64,000 nucleotides of DNA from Minisyncoccota bacterium. GTDB lineage: Bacteria > Patescibacteriota > Minisyncoccia > Phycocordibacterales > Zambryskibacteraceae. Position 1 is the first letter of the stretch, and the number at the start of each line of letters is the position of its first letter. A program made the position numbers and the translations under genes. The DNA is taken from NCBI GenBank assembly GCA_036517475.1, contig DATDVZ010000006.1, positions 8,226 through 72,225 on the forward strand. Reading direction: 5' to 3'. Below the pieces are notes generated by a model. That model was not told where the DNA came from, did no database searches, and saw only the letters and a program-made list of their open reading frames with translations. Of the stretch, positions 8,888 to 17,667 are shown piece after piece.

Positions 8888-11395
8888 TTTATTGTTTTTT
8901 GTTTCTTGTTTGTTGTTAGTTATTTCTATTTTTTCTTCTGAAACAACAGTTATAACTTCTCCAGATTTGATCGGTTCGCTAACCTTACTGAAAGGAATAG
9001 CACCTTGAAGGGAACCGAGAACTGCAAAACCTTTTTTACCCATAGCTTCAGCTTTGTTTACTCTAACAGTTGACTGCTCGGCGGTGTGGCGCGGCTTCAT
9101 ATGAAGATAATAAGTGCTCTTAAGCCCCTTCTGCCATGCACTCTCATAGATTTTCATAGTTTCATCAATGTCGCGCGTTTCCAGATACATATTGCGCGAA
9201 ATCGCCTGATCCACCCATTTCTGCGCCCTTGCTGCCACTTCTATAAATGCGTGTGGAGATGTAGTAAATGATGTCTTATAAATATTTTTAACGTGATCGG
9301 GAATTCCGGCAATGTTTCCAATATCTCCCTGACGTTCAATAATTTCACCTTTAACAGCTTCCCAGATTCCCATATTCTTGAGATCCATCACCAGATTATG
9401 ATTGATATCAAGATATTTGCCGGAAATTTTATTGCGAGAAAAAACCTGAGAAAAACGGGGGTCCATCCCCGGCACGGTGCCGGCAACAAGACCAATGTTT
9501 GCGTTTGGTGCAACTGCCATAAGTGTTGCATTGCGCATTCCTTTTTTGACTTTTTCTCGCAGAAGTTCCCAATCAAGGCCTTTGTGATGAGAATTTTTAT
9601 CAACTGAAAGTTGCATACCGCGGTCTTCTTCCAAAGATTTTAGAGTATCAATCGGCACCATTCCCTTTGACCATCCGGAGCCTTCAAAATTCTGATATGA
9701 TCCTCGTTCAACTGCAAGTTTGGCGCTTTCATCTATTGCCATATAAGAAATGAATTCAAAAATCCTGTCGGTAAAGTTATAAGCATGATCACTGTCATAG
9801 GCAAGACCGAGTTTTTCAAAAATATCAGTAAGCCCCATTACACCTAAACCAACCGCTCTGTTTTCCTGATCGGATTTTCTTGCCTCCGGCAACGGCAGTT
9901 GATTAATATCAACTAAGTTGTCCAAAAATCTTACAACAACTCGTACAGTTTCCTCAAGTTTCTGCCAGTTAACTTCTTTATTAATTACATGTGCAGAGAG
10001 ATTTATTGAAGCCAGATTACAAACGGCAATATTTTCTCTATTATGTGGCAGGGTTATTTCCGTGCAAAGATTTGAAGAAGGAATTGTACCGGTGTTGTTG
10101 TTGAGTGCTCGAAGATTAATAGAGTCTTTCCAAACAAGCCATGGATGGGAAGTAGTCTGGAGAGCAATAAGCATTTTTCGATAAAGTTCTGTTGCGGGCA
10201 CCTTTTTAAAGGTTCTCATTTTACCTGCTTCCGCCATATCAACATATTCTCTGTACCTTCTTGAAAACCCCTTACCGTAAAGTTCTACCAAATCAGGAGT
10301 TTCTTTGGGATCAAACATATACCAATCCATACCCTTCTTTACCCTAAGCATAAACTCATCGCTAATATAAGCCGCAGTATTGGCTGTTCTCATTCTTATG
10401 TAATCATCGCCGGCATTATGTTTCCATTCCAGAAAATCCTGGAAATCCAGATGCCAGTTTTCCATATAAAAGCAGAGAGCTCCCTTTTTCTTGCCTCCGC
10501 GCTGGATTGCCCTTATTGCAGTATCAATAATTTTTGCAAATGAGACCGGACCGGTGGAGGCGCCTCTACCAGCAGAAACTAAAGGAGATCCAGAAGAGCG
10601 CAGTTTTGTAATTGATGCTCCGATTCCCCCCGATGCCTTAGAAAGCAGCATCGTGTCTGATACAGATTTGGCAATATGTTCCAGATCGTCCTGAATTTCC
10701 AAAAGAAAACAATTTGAGAGAGCGGGACGAGTCGTGCCGGCACCTAGATTACAGGATCCACCGGCAATGTACTCCATTTTTGACATCTTGTCATAAAAAA
10801 TTTTAGCTGATGCTGTTGGGTTCTTCTCATTGTAGGAGAGTCCCATGGCAATACGCATAAAAGTGTATTGCGGGACCTCAATTGGATTGTCTTTTTCATC
10901 CTTGAGCATGTAACGATCAACAAGAGATGAGATTCCGGCATAGAAAAATAATTCATCGCGCTCTGCCACCAAAGCAGACGAGATTTCATCTAAATTAAAT
11001 TTTTCTTTCATGCGAGGATCGATTTTTTTATTATCAATCCCATCCTGGATATATTTTGGAAAAATTTCTTTGTGTTTAAGCTGAAGATCATTTGGGTCGT
11101 CTTTATCATATTCTCCCAAAACCTTACGATAGACCGTCTTTAAAAGCAGTCTAACAGCCGCCCTATCATATTCAGGGTCATCTTTTACATTCTGAAGAGC
11201 GGCGCTTATCGTAGCTTTATCGAGCTCTTCTGTGGTTATGCCGCTATATAAAGTAAGATTTGTTTCCGTGGCAATCTGAGTAACCTTTGCAATCGGATCA
11301 GAGAGTCCTTTGCAGGCGCGTTCAATTGACTCATTTATTTTATTGGCATTAAAAGCTTCTTTACTGCCATCCCTTTTTGTTACGAAAAGTGCCAT
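8885..11395 (-). CDS. nrdA: Ribonucleotide reductase class Ia alpha (R1) subunit with N-terminal ATP-cone
   Basis: N-terminal ATP-cone (VTKRDGSKEAFNANKI), catalytic Cys/Glu region (CNLGS..., PNANI). 836 aa. The partner nrdB is immediately downstream. Confidence 0.9.
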   Translation of the reverse strand: MALFVTKRDGSKEAFNANKINESIERACKGLSDPIAKVTQIATETNLTLYSGITTEELDKATISAALQNVKDDPEYDRAAVRLLLKTVYRKVLGEYDKDDPNDLQLKHKEIFPKYIQDGIDNKKIDPRMKEKFNLDEISSALVAERDELFFYAGISSLVDRYMLKDEKDNPIEVPQYTFMRIAMGLSYNEKNPTASAKIFYDKMSKMEYIAGGSCNLGAGTTRPALSNCFLLEIQDDLEHIAKSVSDTMLLSKASGGIGASITKLRSSGSPLVSAGRGASTGPVSFAKIIDTAIRAIQRGGKKKGALCFYMENWHLDFQDFLEWKHNAGDDYIRMRTANTAAYISDEFMLRVKKGMDWYMFDPKETPDLVELYGKGFSRRYREYVDMAEAGKMRTFKKVPATELYRKMLIALQTTSHPWLVWKDSINLRALNNNTGTIPSSNLCTEITLPHNRENIAVCNLASINLSAHVINKEVNWQKLEETVRVVVRFLDNLVDINQLPLPEARKSDQENRAVGLGVMGLTDIFEKLGLAYDSDHAYNFTDRIFEFISYMAIDESAKLAVERGSYQNFEGSGWSKGMVPIDTLKSLEEDRGMQLSVDKNSHHKGLDWELLREKVKKGMRNATLMAVAPNANIGLVAGTVPGMDPRFSQVFSRNKISGKYLDINHNLVMDLKNMGIWEAVKGEIIERQGDIGNIAGIPDHVKNIYKTSFTTSPHAFIEVAARAQKWVDQAISRNMYLETRDIDETMKIYESAWQKGLKSTYYLHMKPRHTAEQSTVRVNKAEAMGKKGFAVLGSLQGAIPFSKVSEPIKSGEVITVVSEEKIEITNNKQETKNNK

Positions 11396-11581
11396 GATTT
11401 AAGTTAAAAGTTGAAAGTTAAAAATTGAAAGTTCATGCTTAAACAGGGAAGTTAATCACTGCTAATTTTACAGAAAATTTTGAATCAATTTTGTGTGGAT
11501 ATAGCCTCAGAGAATAAAAATGAGAGACTGTAAAGGACTCTTGTTAAACTGTGGCTAAAACAAAAAATTTCCTAAAGATTT

Positions 11582-12037
11582 TTAGATGAGTTTAAGTCTG
11601 TCGCCAATTTTCATTTCCAAGTTTTGCGCCGATCCGGATCTAATTTCCAAAACATAGCGTGATTTTCTTTGAGGATGTACCACCTCGGGAAAAGATTGCG
11701 GCAAAAAATTTGTTTTTAAATCAGTGATAACAAAATCCTGATCCAACCAGATTACATCAATAGGAAAATTCATATCTTTCATCCAGATACCGTGGTAATC
11801 ATCCTTTTCAAAAAAGAAAAGCAGACCCGCATCGGATTTAAGTTCTTTCTGAAACGATAATCCGGTAGTTTTTTCTACCTCCGTCAAGGCAAAAGCAAGT
11901 TTTATCTGGTATCCGTTTATCAAGGCTTCGTGAGAAAAATCCAGTTTATTGGCTGTATTTTGAGTTTTAGAGCTATAAAGGTAAAAAATTGCAACTGCAA
12001 TTAAAATAACCGCAATTAATAAGAAATTTTTTTTCAT
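11582..12037 (-). CDS. DUF192-family protein (COG1430), secreted/membrane-anchored
   Basis: FPIDVIWLD motif of DUF192. The track ORF begins at 12082 but overlaps the hairpin at 12068-12096, so the probable start is MKKNF at 12037. Confidence 0.55.
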   Translation of the reverse strand: MKKNFLLIAVILIAVAIFYLYSSKTQNTANKLDFSHEALINGYQIKLAFALTEVEKTTGLSFQKELKSDAGLLFFFEKDDYHGIWMKDMNFPIDVIWLDQDFVITDLKTNFLPQSFPEVVHPQRKSRYVLEIRSGSAQNLEMKIGDRLKLI

Positions 12038-12065
12038 TTCTGTAAGTACATTATATAAATTTAAA

Positions 12066-12106
12066 ACTAAAACACCTATCATTACTGATAGGTGTTTTAG
12101 TTTTAT
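12066..12106. terminator. Bidirectional hairpin terminator between the RRM gene and the DUF192 gene
   Basis: 12-bp stem aaacacctatca/tgataggtgttt with loop ttac, an A-run 5' and a T-run 3' on the plus strand. It works on either strand. Confidence 0.6.
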
Positions 12107-12118
12107 CTATTAACTACT

Positions 12119-12406
12119 TTACCAATTGCCCCCTCTGCTGCGATTGTTATCGCGTGGTTGCATTGGACGTGCTTCATTAACAGTGAGCTTGCGGCCCTGG
12201 AAATCCTTTCCATTCCACATCTCAATTGCTTTGGCTGCTGTATCATCATCTGCCACTTCAACAAAGCCGAAGCCTTTTGAACGGCCGCTCATGCGATCCA
12301 TAATAATAGTTGCCGAAACAACTTCGCCTGCTTGCGCAAATAAATCACGCAGCTCAGCGTCGGTTGTGGAATAAGGAATTCCGCCGACATATAACTTCTT
12401 TGCCAT
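12119..12406 (-). CDS. RRM-type RNA-binding protein (glycine/arginine-rich tail)
   Basis: RNP-2 LYVGGI and RNP-1 KGFGFVEV motifs. The start was taken at MAKKLY; the track ORF extends to 12415. Confidence 0.7.
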   Translation of the reverse strand: MAKKLYVGGIPYSTTDAELRDLFAQAGEVVSATIIMDRMSGRSKGFGFVEVADDDTAAKAIEMWNGKDFQGRKLTVNEARPMQPRDNNRSRGGNW

Positions 12407-12552
12407 TATAAACAAATTTCCCGTCTTAAAAATTAAATGTTAGGCGACGGGTCAATCTTCCATCTTCACTGTTAGCTTCACGCAAACAAAAAAATCTGGG
12501 AGAAAACCTATACGTTTGCATTATACACCAATTTGTAAAATTAATCAAATAT

Positions 12553-13188
12553 TTATTGAGAATTCCTTAAAATAGTGAATGTTTTGGCCACTTTTTCAAT
12601 CAGATTTTTGTCTCCTTCCTCAACTGTTTTATCAAAAGGATTGCTTATCAATATAAAGCTCATGCGATTGGGAGTATTCAATGAATTGTTGAATGTATAA
12701 ATTGGTCCCCGTCTGATTGTGGAAGTTTTGCCCGTCAATTTATTCACTTCTTCCCCCTTCAGGTAGAAAACCTGCCCCGAAACTCCTGAGTCAGATTTGA
12801 AAGGAGAAATTTTTACTACATCATCAATTCTTAAACAGGTGCGGATGATTTCAGCAGTTTCTTTTCCGCAGGCAACACGCGACATATCCAAAACAAATTC
12901 TTCAAAACTCTGGATTTCAATTTCTTCGGAACTTTTTAATATTTGAATGTTAACTCTTGAATCAGATTTATTAAAAGATTTTTTGCTTAAAATAATCTGA
13001 TCTTCCAATAAATTAATTTCTAAATTTTCAGGATATGAAAAGGAAAAATTGTATTTTGGGTCTGTATAAGTTCTATCATCCAATTCAATACTGGGATTTG
13101 TTGGTGTTGAGGAGTTTTTCTGTTTAAGGAAGTAAACTGCGCCAATTACCACCACCAAAACCAATAAGAATATAAAGAATTTTTTCAT
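12553..13188 (-). CDS. Hypothetical secreted/membrane-anchored protein
   Basis: N-terminal signal/TM helix MKKFFIFLLVLVVVIGAVYF. 211 aa. Confidence 0.5.
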   Translation of the reverse strand: MKKFFIFLLVLVVVIGAVYFLKQKNSSTPTNPSIELDDRTYTDPKYNFSFSYPENLEINLLEDQIILSKKSFNKSDSRVNIQILKSSEEIEIQSFEEFVLDMSRVACGKETAEIIRTCLRIDDVVKISPFKSDSGVSGQVFYLKGEEVNKLTGKTSTIRRGPIYTFNNSLNTPNRMSFILISNPFDKTVEEGDKNLIEKVAKTFTILRNSQ

Positions 13189-13249
13189 GTCATTAGAAAG
13201 TTGTCATAATAAGTAATAATCTTCTCCCCAGCATCAATTTTGCACTATC

Positions 13250-13460
13250 TAACACAACATCACATGTGCAACCGAATAAGTTCCTCCAATATGAGGCGAA
13301 GCGCTCCCCATAAGAAAATTCTTCGAATTTCTTACGGGGCAAGGCGCGACCCGGTACATATGTGGGTACTTGCCCGTTCGATGCGAAGCATCGTTTCGGG
13401 TTCGCCACTCGCGCTTCGCTTATGGCTAGTCTGCAAAATTGATGCGGGATTAAGTAAATC
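13250..13460. ncRNA. Candidate structured RNA (unclassified): a GC-rich multi-hairpin region in an AT-rich context
   Basis: Nested complementarities seen directly: ggcgaagcgc (13294) pairs with gcgcttcgc (13401); hairpin cgatgc-gaa-gcatcg; gggcaag/cttgccc; long stem CCCCGUAAGAAAUUC/GAAUUUUCUUAUGGGG on the minus strand. The strand is uncertain. It overlaps the doubtful track ORF 13193-13501. Confidence 0.35.
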
Positions 13461-13473
13461 ATATTCTCTTCGC

Positions 13474-13899
13474 TCATTGATTTTCTAAAAATTCTAAACA
13501 AACTGAATTAATACAATAATGCTTGCCTGTACTTGAATGCTCATCATCAAATATATGTCCCAGATGAGAGCCGCAGTTCGCGCATGATACTTCAGTGCGG
13601 CGCATTCCGAAACTATTATCTTCCTTAAATTTTACAGCTCCCGGAATTGCATCTGCAAATGACGGCCAGCCTTGTAGCCCCGCTGGCCCTTTTGAAGAAT
13701 CAAGTTTAACATCCGATGAAAAAAGTTCTCTGCCACATACAGCGCATTTATACATTCCCTTCTCATTTTCAAAAACATATTTTCCAGAATACGGCGGCTC
13801 TGTCCCACCAAGACGGGCAACACTATACGCGTCTTCTGAAAGTTTTTCCTTGAACTCATCGTCATTTTTAGGAATTTTTTGTTTTTGGTTATTGTTCAT
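13474..13899 (-). CDS. msrB: Peptide-methionine (R)-S-oxide reductase MsrB
   Basis: Two CxxC zinc pairs, GWPSF, and the catalytic RxEVxCxxCxxHLGHVF-type motif (CANCGSHLGHIF). Confidence 0.85.
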   Translation of the reverse strand: MNNNQKQKIPKNDDEFKEKLSEDAYSVARLGGTEPPYSGKYVFENEKGMYKCAVCGRELFSSDVKLDSSKGPAGLQGWPSFADAIPGAVKFKEDNSFGMRRTEVSCANCGSHLGHIFDDEHSSTGKHYCINSVCLEFLENQ

Positions 13900-13986
13900 T
13901 GTGTATTGTGTATTGTTTCTTATTTCATTATACCAAAACTGTCAAATGAAATTAAAAAATCGCCCTAAAAAAGGACGATCACATAC

Positions 13987-14697
13987 TTACACATCTCTTC
14001 TCATTAAGAATTCCGCACCTTTACCTACTCCCGTATTGATTGGAATACCTTGTGAGCATGGACCATTACGAGCGCATTCCTCCTCTTCCCATATCGGAGC
14101 AGGAAAATTAAGCAATGGAACGAGTTTTGGAACAGACAGATCATTTTCTGTTGCGTGCCCATTAGTCATAATTGTTCCAACTCCGATAACTTCTCCACCT
14201 ATTGATCGCGTTCTCTCAATAACTTTCCTAATCGTGTTTCCGGTGGTAATAATATTGTCTACAATAAGCACTCTTTTGCCGGCAACATGTCTTTCCAATT
14301 CTCTCGGGATTCGTAAATCTTCTGGAACTTTTATCCAATCCTTTAATTTTCTCTCAAGATCCTCAACATTCATTGGCCTGAATTTTTCTGCAAAAACTGC
14401 CAGCACATCCTGCGCGTTGTAATTTTCCAAGTGATAAGCAATCCACTGCGCAATTACTATACCTCCAAGAGCAGGACCCAATACAACTTCTACTCCATCG
14501 TCTCGGAAGTATTTAGCAAGTTCACCGCAGAAATTTGAGGTATGAATTGTGTTTGCATAAAGAGCATGTTTGTCAAAATAGTGAGTACTATGCTGTCCAG
14601 TAGTGTAAACAAAATGTCCTCCAATTTTGATTGCACCAAGGCCCCCCAAAATCCCAAAAGCCGCCTCATTACTTAACGCTCGAAGAACTTTCATCAT
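13987..14697 (-). CDS. pyrE: Orotate phosphoribosyltransferase (type I PRTase)
   Basis: PRPP-binding motif VLIVDNIITTGNT. Adjacent to pyrF. Confidence 0.65.
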   Translation of the reverse strand: MMKVLRALSNEAAFGILGGLGAIKIGGHFVYTTGQHSTHYFDKHALYANTIHTSNFCGELAKYFRDDGVEVVLGPALGGIVIAQWIAYHLENYNAQDVLAVFAEKFRPMNVEDLERKLKDWIKVPEDLRIPRELERHVAGKRVLIVDNIITTGNTIRKVIERTRSIGGEVIGVGTIMTNGHATENDLSVPKLVPLLNFPAPIWEEEECARNGPCSQGIPINTGVGKGAEFLMRRDV

Positions 14698-14770
14698 TTC
14701 TGCTCCAGGTGCAAGTATTGTTCCAAAATCAGATTACCTTTAAATAAAAATAAATCAATGTTTATTCTTA

Positions 14771-14796
14771 AATAAAAAACCACAAAGTTATTGTGG
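14771..14796 (-). terminator. Intrinsic terminator after the small ORF 14809-14988
   Basis: Minus strand: stem ccacaa/ttgtgg followed by UUUUUUAUU. Confidence 0.5.
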
Positions 14797-14808
14797 TCGT
14801 TAGAAACA

Positions 14809-14988
14809 TTAGCCATCGGAATTCTGGATTCTTAAGAATTCCTTTTCAGCAAGCTGTAGTGCCATTGCAAGTTGAGAAGCTGTTATACCAGCTTTTCTTT
14901 CAAGGTGCGTTTGAAATCCTCGTAGTTCTCCAGCCGCCTGCGGCCAGAGCTGGAGAATTTCCTCTCTTGTCCAAATTTTCTGGGCCAT
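14809..14988 (-). CDS. Unannotated small ORF (59 aa), possible HTH DNA-binding protein
   Basis: ATG at 14988 with AGGAGA 6 nt upstream. Translation MAQKIWTREEILQLWPQAAGELRGFQTHLERKAGITASQLAMALQLAEKEFLRIQNSDG. Ends before the 14771-14796 terminator. Below the 60-aa cut-off of the ORF track. Confidence 0.35.
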   Translation of the reverse strand: MAQKIWTREEILQLWPQAAGELRGFQTHLERKAGITASQLAMALQLAEKEFLRIQNSDG

Positions 14989-14997
14989 TCTGTTCTC

Positions 14998-15903
14998 CTA
15001 TCGGTATTGGTTGATTGCGTCGTGAAGTTTTTGGGTCTCGCGGCGAGCTGCTTCAGCGAAATCTTCTCCACTTGATGCGAAAATGATTCCACGAGAGGAG
15101 TTAATTATCATCCCCTGCCCGCGGCTGTTTTTTCCAGCTCTTACGGTTGCCTCAAGATCACCACCCTGAGCGCCAATGCCAGGAATGAGAATCGGCATGT
15201 CGCCAACGATCTGACGAACATCCTGGAGCTCATATGGATAAGTCGCGCCTACTACAAGAGCACAATTATTATTCTTATTCCAGCTGCGAGAAACTTGATA
15301 TGCAATATGAGTATACAGTGGCGCCTGACCCTCAGATGAAGAGACCCAACCGCTAACTATTCCTCCATGATCCAAAGTGTCTGCTTCTTCACCATGAACA
15401 CTAATGAGTAAATCTTGAAGCTCCCCCGCACCCGGATTTGAAGTTCGGCAAAGAACAATAATGCCTTTGTCGGCGCGATCAAGAAATGGCTGGAGTGCTT
15501 CTTGTCCCAGATACGGATGAACAGTGATTGCATCCACCCCTAAATAATCAAATGCCATTTGTACATAACCGGCATTGGTATTACCAATGTCAGCACGCTT
15601 GGCATCGAGAATCACTGGAACGTATGGCGCTTTGCTGTGAATGTCTACTATGGTTCCCCGTAGAGCCTCTATACCTTCTACGCCATGCGCCTCGTAGAAT
15701 GCAATGTTTATCTTGTAGGCACAGACTAAATCTTTCGTTTGAGATACAATGCTAGCATTGAAACCATAAATTGTAGTCCTCACATCGTCATTCATTCGAA
15801 CTGATTTTGGGATCTTACCAAGCTCACTATCAAGTCCCACGCAGACAAATTTTCCTTCATCCCACCTAGCTTGAAGAAGCTCTCGGAAATCGCGTTGAGA
15901 CAT
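14998..15903 (-). CDS. pyrF: Orotidine-5'-phosphate decarboxylase (long, type-2 form)
   Basis: LDAKRADIGNT (DxKxxDIxnT OMPdecase active-site motif). 301 aa, consistent with the type-2 family. Confidence 0.8.
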   Translation of the reverse strand: MSQRDFRELLQARWDEGKFVCVGLDSELGKIPKSVRMNDDVRTTIYGFNASIVSQTKDLVCAYKINIAFYEAHGVEGIEALRGTIVDIHSKAPYVPVILDAKRADIGNTNAGYVQMAFDYLGVDAITVHPYLGQEALQPFLDRADKGIIVLCRTSNPGAGELQDLLISVHGEEADTLDHGGIVSGWVSSSEGQAPLYTHIAYQVSRSWNKNNNCALVVGATYPYELQDVRQIVGDMPILIPGIGAQGGDLEATVRAGKNSRGQGMIINSSRGIIFASSGEDFAEAARRETQKLHDAINQYR

Positions 15904-15949
15904 ATTTCCTCCTGTTAAAGGTCAATTCCAAACTTAGACTACTCGTATA

Positions 15950-15988
15950 AAACAAAAAGTCAAAAGGAAACCTTTTGACTTTTTTGCG
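15950..15988. terminator. Bidirectional hairpin terminator downstream of the small Cys/His ORF
   Basis: 9-bp stem gtcaaaagg/ccttttgac with loop aaa and T-runs on both strands. Confidence 0.55.
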
Positions 15989-16006
15989 GTTCTGCTATGG
16001 AACTAA

Positions 16007-16177
16007 TTAACAGGTACAGTGAACTTCTGCCTGACTACAACTTGCACACTTTGGCATGCAGTGTCTGTGAGAAGCAGGATCTCCATGAACATGACTTTCA
16101 TCATGATTTTCAGATTCAGCTCCGCAAATTGCACATTTATATCCTTTTGCTTCACCCTGACATTTGGCGCATTTCAT
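16007..16177 (-). CDS. Unannotated small Cys/His-rich protein (56 aa), putative metal-binding
   Basis: Verified translation MKCAKCQGEAKGYKCAICGAESENHDESHVHGDPASHRHCMPKCASCSQAEVHCTC. Five CxxC-type pairs plus His. Its ATG (16175-16177) is the last triplet of hairpin element copy 1. A terminator lies downstream. Confidence 0.45.
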   Translation of the reverse strand: MKCAKCQGEAKGYKCAICGAESENHDESHVHGDPASHRHCMPKCASCSQAEVHCTC

Positions 16178-16305
16178 CCCGTTAGAAGCAGGTCGCGGTC
16201 AACGAACTCTGCTTAATAATTTTTTTTGTAATTTTTCGACTTATTTTAAAATTGATTATTATATTTCCCATTTAAACCGTGACCGCGGCTTCTAACGGGA
16301 TTCAT
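16175..16305 (-). repeat. Long-hairpin repeat element, copy 1 (minus orientation). The 3' arm ends on the ATG of the small Cys/His ORF
   Basis: On the minus strand: 5' arm AUGAAUCCCGUUAGAAGCCGCGGUC, an AT-rich core of about 75 nt, 3' arm GACCGCGACCUGCUUCUAACGGGAUG. The arms pair over 21 bp with a 4-nt bulge (ACCU). The 27 nt at 16178-16204 are identical to the reverse complement of the copy 2 3' arm. Confidence 0.75.
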
Positions 16306-16632
16306 AATTTAAAATTATATATTTATAAGACAGACCTCATTATACAAAAATTTTAAATTAGGGACAAATCAGAGTTTGCGATGTTTGAAATATTCAATCT
16401 GACGCAATCTGTTTTGAGCTTCTGCTTTTGTTCTATAAGATCCCATATTGCGACCTTTTTCATAAACTACTTTATAACCACCCTTAATTTTTTTAATCAT
16501 TAGTTTTTAAAATAAACGAAAGATATGAACTATCAGTGAACTCTGTTCTACCATTCGGTCGAGGGTTCCATAAAATTTATTAAAAAATTCTATAAGCGCT
16601 ATTTTGTTTTTTTGTATTAAAATGGGCAAGCT

Positions 16633-17286
16633 TTATGCTTGCCCCCTCCAATCAGTTCTTTTCCAGCCGTGACGCACCAGAACTGCTGGTTTTTTAGGAA
16701 GCTTGCCTTGTTTTGCAAGTTTCTTTTTTTGTCTATCGCGTCTACGCCGGACATCTCTTACCCAAAGCAGTGCCTGAGCCGAGAGCCCGTAATCCCAGCC
16801 ATATCTTTGAATTCTTTTGTTTTCATGAAATTGTCTACGCAGACATGCCCAATATCGTGACTTGATTGCCGGACCTCTTACAATACTCATGAACTGCCTG
16901 CATTCTGGGCAAAGCGGCCTGCTTAACACCCGAAGTTGGGCAACTCTAGCATTCAAAAGGAGATTCCATAGAAAATTTTTAGTTCTCCGAATTTCATGGC
17001 TGAAATAGAGAGGCGCTCCTGTCTCCTTGATCAGAACCCAGCCAGAATCACTCTCCCGAGCCTCTTGCATTTCTTTAAGCCATGTTGTCCAAGCAACAAT
17101 ATCAAGTCCATTTGCGCTAAATATGAATCCCACTTCTCTGCCTCTGCGCGGATGGGGGGCCACAGCTGCAAATCTCACGATGTCTTTCCTTACTTCACTG
17201 CTTTCAAGCGGCCGGAAACCCATTTGCCTGAATTTTTTTTCAAGCCAGCTGAATCCGGCAGCATCAGGCAAAACTTGTCTAGGCAA
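16633..17286 (-). CDS. Hypothetical basic Trp/Arg-rich protein (217 aa) with a CxxC...C zinc-ribbon-like motif and a poly-basic tail; possible nuclease-like
   Basis: CPECRQF...YWAC and the C-terminal RRRRDRQKKKLAKQGK tail. GC content is noticeably higher than surrounding genes. No secure family assignment. Confidence 0.45.
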   Translation of the reverse strand: MPRQVLPDAAGFSWLEKKFRQMGFRPLESSEVRKDIVRFAAVAPHPRRGREVGFIFSANGLDIVAWTTWLKEMQEARESDSGWVLIKETGAPLYFSHEIRRTKNFLWNLLLNARVAQLRVLSRPLCPECRQFMSIVRGPAIKSRYWACLRRQFHENKRIQRYGWDYGLSAQALLWVRDVRRRRDRQKKKLAKQGKLPKKPAVLVRHGWKRTDWRGQA

Positions 17287-17354
17287 CTTAGAGCTCCTAA
17301 GGAACTTTCTACTTATTTTATAGATTATTTAAAGCAATAAATCAATCCTCAAAA

Positions 17355-17657
17355 CTATTTTTTTTCACGTAAGATAATTCTAGAAATTACAATTACAATA
17401 AGGGTAAGAACTATAGCGTATATGAATTTTGCAGTTATACCTTTACCCTCTGCCGGATAAATATAATCAATGAAAGCCTTAATTGCATCATTCCATGAAA
17501 GAGCAACAATGAGTCCTATGCCTGTCATAATATATCCGCGGACTTGTGATTGGAGTTCGCCTCTCATTTCTTTTTCTTTTTCAATTGCTTTATCAAAAAT
17601 TGGTGGCATGTAAACAATTCTAAAATTAAAATCCAAAAAAGTAAAAAGCTCCAGCAA
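17355..17657 (-). CDS. Small membrane protein (the probable start is the internal MPPIF at 17609)
   Basis: Two hydrophobic helices, about 84-100 aa. Confidence 0.45.
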   Translation of the reverse strand: MLELFTFLDFNFRIVYMPPIFDKAIEKEKEMRGELQSQVRGYIMTGIGLIVALSWNDAIKAFIDYIYPAEGKGITAKFIYAIVLTLIVIVISRIILREKK

Positions 17658-17667
17658 TGCCGGAGCT

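Noticed and set aside
8817-9008. 63-aa plus-strand ORF MIRIIKRTITLKTKTKNKNKNKNYL...
   Set aside because: It is a read-through of the A-rich simple repeat in the nrdA-nrdB spacer into the antisense of the nrdA 3' end.
11396-11440. Repeated AACTTTCAA units immediately upstream of nrdA, as possible NrdR boxes
   Set aside because: They do not resemble the 16-bp palindromic NrdR-box consensus (acaCwAtATaTwGtgt). They are more likely AT-rich leader repeats.
13193-13501. 102-aa minus-strand ORF from the six-frame track
   Set aside because: It lies entirely over the GC-rich multi-hairpin region and overlaps the msrB 3' end. Its Arg/Cys/Phe-rich composition looks like a wrong-frame read of structured RNA. 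I treat it as non-coding.
15997-16216. Plus-strand track ORFs 15997-16185 and 16019-16216
   Set aside because: They are antisense to the better-supported minus-strand Cys/His-rich ORF, which has a terminator and sits in the conserved position relative to the hairpin element.
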